NCBI GenBank assembly: GCA_934090935.1
Contig: CAKOKD010000001.1
Location: 98,571-162,570, forward strand
Direction: 5' to 3'
Origin: an uncultured Bacilli bacterium
Lineage (GTDB): Bacteria; Bacillota_I; Bacilli_A; RF39; UBA660
Length of the DNA: 64,000 bases
The position numbers and the translations under genes are program-made. The stretch's first letter is position 1. The number at the start of each line of letters is the position of its first letter. The notes below the pieces were generated by a model that saw nothing but the letters and a program-made list of their open reading frames with translations, was not told the DNA's origin and did not search any database. Positions 1 to 8,700 of this stretch are shown piece after piece.

Positions 1-6
1 GGAATT

Positions 7-972
7 ATGTTTATTATTATTACTGTTTTAAGTTTTATAAGTAAGAACTATATTTCAATTAGTTATAATTTAGGATTATTTATTGTTAACATAGCTTTAA
101 TTCTTTTATATAAGTTTAATAAAAATTATGGACTTAAGGTAGTTTATTCAATATTAATAGCTGGTATTCTTACAAACTTAGTACTTCTTCCAACTAATAC
201 GATTCTTAACTTTATATTGAATTTAGGAGTTATTTTGGTTGATTATGTATTTGTTACTTTATTTGATGAAAAGAAGAATAGCTTAATCGATTATATATTA
301 TATGCATTTTTAGTAATACTTCCAATTATTCAAATAAACGATTTACCTGTAAATCATATCAAGTATTTAGTTTTAGGATTCTTATATATGATTCTTTTAT
401 ATAAAAATAGTCATGATAGAATAAAAGCCGCATTTACAGTTATTACTTTATTTGTAATATTATCTTTATATATTGATGGTGTTATCAGTATTCCATGGTT
501 ATATGAATTGATAGTTGTAACTATTTCAATTGTAGGAATATATTTATTCAGTTATTTAGTAATTCCAAGTGATAATGAAAAAAGATTATTTAACATAATA
601 GTAACAGATGTAGTATTAATTGATTTACTTACTTTTAGAAGTATAATGTATGTGGATATCTATATTTTAGTTATTTCACTTATAATGATACTTTATAGTA
701 TAAAACGAGAAGATAATAAATTATATTTAGCATCAGGACTTATTTATGCATTTATAAGTTTAGCATCAATGCTTTCATTATTAAGCAATATACCTTTATT
801 TATGTACTTATTCCTAGTTGGATTTGTTCTTATGATAAGTGTAATATTCTTGATAAGAGATGAATCTAAAAGGAATCAAACAAAAATAAATTATTGTCCA
901 AACTGTGGTAAAAGAGTTGAAGACAATGATAAGTTCTGTGCTAATTGTGGGGAAAATTTGGATGAAAAATAA
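7..972 (+). CDS. Polytopic membrane protein with a C-terminal zinc-ribbon (CPNCG...CANCG). The frame is open back to nt 1, so the 5' end may be truncated by the window.
   Basis: The ORF runs the full length. Hydrophobic helices are present throughout. The terminal segment carries CxxC...CxxC. No stop lies between nt 1 and 7 in this frame. Confidence 0.5.
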   Translation: MFIIITVLSFISKNYISISYNLGLFIVNIALILLYKFNKNYGLKVVYSILIAGILTNLVLLPTNTILNFILNLGVILVDYVFVTLFDEKKNSLIDYILYAFLVILPIIQINDLPVNHIKYLVLGFLYMILLYKNSHDRIKAAFTVITLFVILSLYIDGVISIPWLYELIVVTISIVGIYLFSYLVIPSDNEKRLFNIIVTDVVLIDLLTFRSIMYVDIYILVISLIMILYSIKREDNKLYLASGLIYAFISLASMLSLLSNIPLFMYLFLVGFVLMISVIFLIRDESKRNQTKINYCPNCGKRVEDNDKFCANCGENLDEK

Positions 973-1612
973 AGTCGTATTTTTAGTTTTAATTTTATGT
1001 TTAGTTTTTTCAAGTAATGTTTATGCAGGTAGTATTAAAAGTGCAAAACTAGAAAAGTGTGTTGATGGTGATACAGCTTATTTTATAGTAGATGGAGAGT
1101 CTTATAAGTATCGTTTTCTAGCAATAAATACTCCTGAAAAGAAAGAAGAGTATGGAGATGTTGCTAGTGAAGTTACTTGTAATATGTTAACAAATGCTAA
1201 AAAGATTGAGATTGAAATTGATGATAAAGCAAGTAAAACGGATAAATATGGTAGAAGCTTAGGTTGGATATTTGTTGATGATCAACTTCTACAAAGCTAT
1301 CTTGTTGAAAATGGATATGCTAAAGTGGAGTATATTTATGGTAAATATAAATATGTAAATGAGCTTTGTAATCTTGAAAGTGAAGCTATCAACAAGGGAT
1401 TAAACATCTGGAAAAATATGAAAACATATGAGGGGTATTGTAATAATATAGAAAAAACCAAGGATAATACAGTTTTGAGCTCAATCATGAAAGGTGAATA
1501 TGATAAAGTTTATAAAAAGCTTGAAGAAAATCCTAATATGATTATTTCTGTTTTATTGTTAATAATAATATTTTTACTTCTTATCATATTTAAAAAGAGA
1601 AAATCTATTTAG
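962..1612 (+). CDS. Secreted, membrane-anchored thermonuclease (SNase/micrococcal nuclease family).
   Basis: It begins with a signal peptide, MKNKVVFLVLILCLVFSSNVYAGS. SNase-like motifs are present: DGDTAYF, RFLAINTPE and GRSLGWIFVD. The C-terminus is a hydrophobic anchor followed by KKRK. The start at ATG 962 overlaps the upstream gene's end by 11 nt. Confidence 0.75.
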   Translation: MKNKVVFLVLILCLVFSSNVYAGSIKSAKLEKCVDGDTAYFIVDGESYKYRFLAINTPEKKEEYGDVASEVTCNMLTNAKKIEIEIDDKASKTDKYGRSLGWIFVDDQLLQSYLVENGYAKVEYIYGKYKYVNELCNLESEAINKGLNIWKNMKTYEGYCNNIEKTKDNTVLSSIMKGEYDKVYKKLEENPNMIISVLLLIIIFLLLIIFKKRKSI

Positions 1613-2051
1613 TTTTAGATTTTCTCTTTTTTAGTTTGTTTTCTTCAGTTTTATAAGCGACTATATTAATTATAATGATTGGTATAAAAAGAAGAGATGT
1701 CATTAAATTATCCATTAAGCTTTTTGTTAAATTAATCGATAATATAAACATAAGTACCCAAAGGCATATGCTTATAAATCCGTGTTCTAGATTTTTATAT
1801 TTAATACATGTAATGTTAAGCACAAATATAAATGCAAGTATTAAAAGCAGTAAAGCCCAGAATGTTGAAGAGTATAATGTCTCTAGAAGTTTTTCTACAC
1901 CTATTGCATTATATATCAAAGAATCATCATAACTAAGAGAGTCAGAATATACAAATGAAAGAGTACATACAAGACTTAATAATCCTTCACATAAAGTTAA
2001 TATAAGTAAATACGGACTGTGTTCCTTAAAAAGTTTTTTTATTTTTTTCAT
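1605..2051 (-). CDS. Small integral membrane protein of unknown function.
   Basis: The 148-aa ORF is predicted to have four hydrophobic helices. It lies convergent to the nuclease gene. Confidence 0.45.
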   Translation of the reverse strand: MKKIKKLFKEHSPYLLILTLCEGLLSLVCTLSFVYSDSLSYDDSLIYNAIGVEKLLETLYSSTFWALLLLILAFIFVLNITCIKYKNLEHGFISICLWVLMFILSINLTKSLMDNLMTSLLFIPIIIINIVAYKTEENKLKKRKSKTK

Positions 2052-2157
2052 ATCATCACCATAAACATTATAGCATAGTATATATGAAAAATAGTTGAAA
2101 ACTATAAAATTATACTTTTATTGTTCCCTATGATATACTTTTATTAGAGGTGGATAG

Positions 2158-2571
2158 ATGAATAAAAGACTTTTTTTGATGGTGTTAGTTGTTTTGGTTT
2201 TATTAACTGGATGTGGAAATAAATTAAGTAAAGATGTAATAAATCAAAGAAATAAATTTATAGATTCTCTAGGGGTAACCAGTGATGAAAGAATAATTGT
2301 TAGAAATAAAAAGAAAAATCAATATTACGAATATATTATTAACAATAATTCATATAAATCTTATCTATATATTTTGCATAATAGTAAAGAAGAATATGAA
2401 AAATATATAGGCGAGAAAGAAAATACGAAATATTATGAATTAAAAAAATATGATAATTCACTTATAACTAGAGTTAATTATTTAAGTGGATATGCAAGAG
2501 ATAATGAAAATATAAGAGATGAAATAATCAATAATTTTAATAAAGATAAAAAGTATGTGATTATATATTAA
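2158..2571 (+). CDS. Lipoprotein of unknown function.
   Basis: The signal peptide carries an LLTGC lipobox. An AGAGGTGGAT RBS precedes the start. Confidence 0.6.
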   Translation: MNKRLFLMVLVVLVLLTGCGNKLSKDVINQRNKFIDSLGVTSDERIIVRNKKKNQYYEYIINNNSYKSYLYILHNSKEEYEKYIGEKENTKYYELKKYDNSLITRVNYLSGYARDNENIRDEIINNFNKDKKYVIIY

Positions 2572-2582
2572 AAGGGCAAAAA

Positions 2583-2625
2583 TAATGTAAAATGTGTTTT
2601 TGCTTTTTTAATGTTGAAAAGTAAA
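2583..2625 (+). terminator. Intrinsic terminator after the lipoprotein gene.
   Basis: A GCAAAAA ... TTTTTGC stem is followed by TTTTTT. Confidence 0.5.
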
Positions 2626-2677
2626 AAGTTTTCGACAAAAAAGGACAAAAAAAGTAAAAAATAATGTATGTCAAGTA

Positions 2678-2712
2678 TTGATTTTCATATTGACAAGATA
2701 GTATAATTTAAG
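2678..2712 (+). promoter_or_regulatory. Sigma-A-type promoter for the giant surface-protein gene.
   Basis: TTGATT, an 18-nt spacer and TATAAT lie upstream of an AGAGG RBS and the ATG at 2733. Confidence 0.45.
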
Positions 2713-2732
2713 AAGATGATAGAGGTGTGCAG

Positions 2733-5700
2733 ATGAGGACAAAAGAGGAAATAAAAAAAGTTCCAGAAGTGGAAGGAGTTTCTTTAAAAGAGGCAAAAGA
2801 AATATTAGAAAAAGCTAATATAGAGATAGAAAAAGAAAAAAAGAAATTCAATATATTTGAAAAAAGTGGAAAAGTAATAAAAGTAGAACCAAAAGAGAAA
2901 ACAAAATTAAAAAAGAATGAAAAAGTAGTTTTATATGTAAATGATAGAAGACCAATACTTGTAATAATTCTTTTATTTTTACTATGTGCACTTTTTATGA
3001 TGTTCAGATCAGGAACAATCTCAACACTTATCAATACAACTGCACCAGTAATAGAAAGTAAAACACATGAATGGAGTCAAAGTGTTTTAGTTAATGTAAA
3101 AAAAGATGCAACTATGAAAAACACATTAGATCATTATGAATATTGTGTAACAAGTAGAAAAAATACGATTGGTTGTGTTTGGAGAAAAACAACAACAAAA
3201 AATACAATTGTAAGTAAAACTGGAAAATGGTATGTATATTTCAGAGGTATAGACGAAAAAAATAACAAGAGTAGAGTAAGTAATCGAGAATATGTACTTG
3301 TAGATAATGAAAGTCCAGTTATAAAGGAAATAGAAGTAAAAAATGGAAAAGTAACTATTGATGCAAAGGATAGACATAGTGGAATAGATAAAATATATTA
3401 TAGTTATGATGGAGAAAATTATATTGAAGCAAGTAAAAGTTTTGACATAGACAAATCTACTAAAATAATTTATATAAAAATAGTTGATAAGGCTGGTAAT
3501 GAGATTATTTTAAGCAAAAATGTTGATGATTCAACTTCTTGCGATTTAAACTGCGATACAAATAACGATGGTAAATGTGATTTGAACTGTGATACAGATA
3601 ATGACGGAAAATGTGATTTGAACTGTGATACAGATAATGACGGAAAATGTGATTTGAACTGTGATACAGATAATGACGGAAAATGTGATTTAAACTGTGA
3701 TACAGACAATGATGGAAAATGTGATTTGAACTGTACAAATAATGCTACAACAACTAAGAGTACTACGACTAAAGCATCATCTACAACAACAACCGAATTA
3801 ATTGATAATAAAGTTCCAATTATAAATTTGAATAAAGTTCCATCAAAATTTATATATGGAAGTAAATATGATTTACCAAGTTACTATAAATTTGGACCTA
3901 AGGGTGGAAAAGTTAAGTGCATAGTAGATGGAAAAGATGAAAAAACTGATACAAGTGATTTAGGAATTGGAAAACATAATATTGTTTGTACAGCATATGG
4001 AAATAACGGAATAAATGTAAGAGTATCAAAAATGGTAGAAGTAGATGTTCCAGAAGGAGAAGAGGAAGAATGGGATGGATGGATAAGATTAAATCTTTAC
4101 TATCCAGCTAATTCAACTAATTGGCAATGGAGAATAGGAAAAGATGGTGAAATTCGAGATGGATATGATTTCACTGGTTGGCAAGACTATACAGGACCTA
4201 TACTAGTAAAATTAGAAGATGTAAAAAATGTTTATATAAGATACAATCTTTTAGGAGAAACTTATGTAATAGCTCCAAGTGGTAAAGTAGCCGTTGATAT
4301 TGAACCTTCTGAATATACCATATTAAAAGGAGAAAAGACTAAAGTAAAGATTTATTACGAAAAAGATGCTTTAACTAAAGAGTATAGAGTTGGAGCATCT
4401 GATTGGATGGAATATACAGGTGAATTTGAGGTAGAAGCTAACACTTTAATAGAAGCAAGAAGTACTAAAGAAGAAAGAGTTTATAACTCTGATGGAGAGT
4501 ATTTATATAGTAAGAAAATAAAAGGAAACGATTCAGTATTCATAAGTGAACTCTTAGCACCTCCTGGAGTAAGTATAAATCCAAGCGATAAAAAATATAC
4601 AGGCACTATTGAAGGAGGATATACTGAAGAAGGAAATTCTGAAAGTTCTGGAAAGTATGGGCCAACAGAAAGAGCAGATGGAAGCTATACAACTATTCCA
4701 GATGTTGATTTTAAACCAAGTGAGTATTTAGATGGTCCAATTATATCTGGATCTCCATCATCGACTTTAACTGATAAAGTGAAAATTCAAGTGACAACAA
4801 AAGATGAAGCAGAAGCCATATATGTTCAAGTTGGATATGGTTCTTATTTTGAATATACAGGTGAATTTGAAGTAACTAGTAATACAACCATTTATGCTTA
4901 TTATGTAAGAAAAAGCGATGGTATGATTTCAAGAAGGAGTTATTATCGAGTAAAAAATATAAAATATGGCTATAGACCATATGTAAGAATTGATACCACT
5001 CCTGATTATTTGTCAAGCAATGCAAATGAAGTTATTGCTAAGATTAGTGGAAGTGATTATGATACTTTGGAGTATAGTTTTGATGGATATATTTACCAAA
5101 AATATACTGGAGAAATTAAAGTTACTAGTAGTTGTACTATATACGCAAGAGGAACTAACTCTTATGGAGCAACTGTTGAAAAAGAATACATAACAACTAA
5201 GAATGCTCCTACATCAAAGAAAAACTTAACAATTGAAATATTTGCTGATCCTGTTAAAAGCAATAAATTAGTAAATAAAACTAGAATTAGCATTGATTAT
5301 GATATTAATGCAGAAAAGAAATATTATAAGTTGGCTGGAGAAAGTGAATATAAAGAATATACTGGTCCATTTGAAATAGATGAAAATACAACTATATATG
5401 CATATGCTACAAGTAAAAATGCAGTTGGATATAAAGATAAAGGTATAGATTTTTTAACAACTGGTATAATGGCTCCAATAATAACAGTTAAACCTACAAC
5501 TAATACTAGCATGGTTAAAGTAACTATTGAGTTTGATCAAAATGCTAGTCAAAAGTATTATCAAATAGATAATGGAGAGAAGCTTTATTATACTGGAGAA
5601 TTTGAAATATATAAAAATTCTAATATATATGCATATAATGCAAATACTTTGGGTTATGAAGCATCCTCTTCAAAAGAGATTACAAACGTTAATAAAAATT

Positions 5701-8700
5701 TAAGATATTATGTAATTGATAAAGGAAAGTATTACATAATTAAACTTAATTATCCAAGTGGAGCAAGCGTTAGAGAATATAAGTGGAAAGCAGATGGAAC
5801 TTGGAAAAATTATGATGATATAGGAATACTTCTAATAAAACCAGAATATAAAGACGAATTTAATTTAGACGGTTACGATGGAATAAAGGTTCAAGATGAG
5901 TATGGTAAAGATGTAATATTTACTGATCATTATTATTTAATAGATGTTCCTTTCAGTAAATTAATGGAAAACTTGTTTATGAGATGGGATAGAACAAAAC
6001 CATCAGCTCCTGATATAATGATTGAACCTGAGGATGAAACTTCTAGGGAAGTGAAAGTAATTATTAATTATAGTAAGACTTTAGAAAAGAAATATTATAA
6101 ATTAGTAAATGAAGGTGGGCAAAGTACAGGTTGGATGGAATATACAGGACCATTCAATGTATCTAAAAATGGAGTTATTGTTTATGCTAAAGGTGAAACA
6201 TATACTCAAGTGGAAAGCGATATATCTAGTAGAAAAATAACAAATATTGATAATACAGCTCCAGATATAATTGTTAATGGAGATTTAGACTCGCCAAAAC
6301 AAAAAATTAATTTATTTATTCGCGTAGAAGATAAATCAGTTATAGATAGAATAAAGTATGCTAAAGGAAATAAAAATGTAGATTACTTTAAAAATAATGG
6401 TAGTGTCATAGATAACTTTAGTACAATAACCATTGAAGAAAATGATGAATATACGTTCTATGCAATAGATGAGCTTGGCAATGCCGGAGTTAAAATTATT
6501 AATGTAACTAATATAGATAAAGATGCTCCAAATATTGTAATAAATGTGGAAGCAAAGAGTAAGACTATTGAAACAAAAGTTACAATAGATTATGGAGATT
6601 CAAAAGTAAAACTTTATAAAATTGGTGAAAATGGTGAATATAAAGAATATACTGATAAGTTGATATTGAAATCGAGTGATTTATTTAATCTTAAAAATGA
6701 GGATGGAAGTTTAACTATTTATGCAAAAGGTATAGACGAAGCTTTAAATGAATCTATTGTAAAAGAGATAACTTATGTATTAGACTTAGATGAAATAAAA
6801 TCACCTGTTATAAATGTAAGTGATGGATATCCAATGTTAACAAGAGATGGAATGATAGAAGAAAAACAAAGTTATATCTCTTATGATACAAAGGATGATA
6901 TTGAAAATTATTATAAAATAGACGATGGAAAATATGTTTTATATAATGGATCGATAACAATAAAATCAGGTAAAATTACTGCAAGAAGTGAAAGAAAATT
7001 AAGTGGTCAAGTTGTTGAGGTAAGTGCAAATGTAGTTGTTCCAGCAAATTCAATTGGTAAAAACGCTTATGATGGTGATTTACAAACAAGTGAAACAATT
7101 GCAAGAGGTGTAAGTAAATTATTTACAATAAATCCTAATCTTTATGGTGAAAAATTGAAAATATATACGGGTGTTTCTGTATCAAATACATCAACGATTA
7201 AATTGTATGACAAAGATAAAAAATTGTTGAATGAAATACCTACAGTTGCAGTATTAACAATTGCAAATATTGAAGATGGAACTTATTATGTTGAAATAAA
7301 TTCTGGAAGTGGAACCCTAGATGTAAGAGAAATAAGCTTACAAAACGAGAATTTTATTAATGATCTACATACACCTATTATCAGTATAAGTGAAAGCGGA
7401 TGGGCTGCAGAAAAAGTAGCAACAGTAAAATACTATAGTGATGAATATAAAAATGAATACAGTTTAGATAATGGTTCAACATGGTTAGATTATCAAGACC
7501 CTATTAAATTGATTGAACCAACAAATGTAATAGCAAGAACTATAAGAGATGAAAAAGTAATAGGTTCAAGTAACTTTATAGTAACAAAAATTGATACAGA
7601 AGAGCCTGTTATTGAATTGAATATTGGTAACAAAATTCAATTGGGATATGACAAAAATATTCCAACATATTATAAAGAGACTCCATCAGGAACTAATGTA
7701 GAATGTAGAGATGGAAATGAAGTAGTAACAAATACAAGTGAATTAAAACTTGGAAAGCATAGCATTGTATGTACGGCAACAACGGGTGTTGGAAGAAAAG
7801 TAAGTGTGGAGAAAAAAATTGAAATTGTTGAGGCACATGATTTTGAATCCGATAGCATTTTAGCAGCAATAGCCGATAAAGATATAATAACTGGAAAATA
7901 TAAGATACAAGTAAATGATGAAGTATATTCAGTTCATGTAGTAACATATGATGAAAATCAACATTTTACTGAAAATCAAACATTTGGAGATGCAAAAGAT
8001 GTAGCAACAGCTGATGACTATGCTCAAAATATGGTAATAGTAAAAATAAATGGAGATTTAGAAATAGATTCAGGAGTAACAGTAGCACCATATTATGATG
8101 AAACATATGGAGGACCAAAAGGTTTCATGTTATATGTAACAGGAAAGTTAACAAATAATGGAACAATAGATAATTCACACGGAGCATATGCGGAAGGCCA
8201 AAATGTATACTTATGGAAGAATACTGATGGTTCTTATGAATATGTACCAGCAGAAGGAGCTGTTGGAAACAGCATTGCTGGTGTTGGAAGAATGACTGGA
8301 TCTGGTGGTGGTGGATCTGCATATGGTGGTACTCCAGGATCAGGTGGATCAGGAACTAGCTATTCTGGAGGAACCGGAGGAGGCGCATCTCACCACGGAA
8401 GTGCAAGTTCAGGAGCAGCTTTTGGAGGAGCTGGAGGTTATGGTTCTACATCTAATTGTACTTTTGCCTGCGGAGGCGGAGCTGGAAATCCAGGTGGAGC
8501 TGGAGCTTGTGGACCAAATGGTGCAAATGGGACTGGTGGATTATTAATAATATATTCAGATACTTATATAAATAAAGGAATTGTATCATCTCATGGATAT
8601 TCTGGTGGAATAGGCGGATCTGTTGGCGAAGGCGGAGGAGGATCTGGTGGAGGTTCTATTAATATTTTTATTAATCAAAATACTGTACTAAATCAGGAAG

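Noticed and set aside
2733-2950. N-terminal PASTA-like segment (GVSLKEAKEILEKANIEIE...KVVLYV) of the giant protein.
   Set aside because: It lies before the only TM helix, so it would be cytoplasmic. That is inconsistent with PASTA function. It is more likely a lysine/glutamate-rich cytoplasmic tail and was not called as a domain.
3539-3735. Possible CRISPR array, suggested by regular 36-nt repeats.
   Set aside because: The repeats are directly tandem with no spacers, are in-frame within a CDS, and encode a coherent peptide motif. There is no cas gene nearby.
3126-3738. Minus-strand ORFs (3126-3377, 3470-3709, 3505-3738) with repetitive translations (SVSQFKSHFPSL...).
   Set aside because: They are antisense shadows of the giant + strand gene and its 36-nt tandem repeat. 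The periodic amino-acid repeat is just the reverse complement of the CDLNCDTDNDGK repeat.
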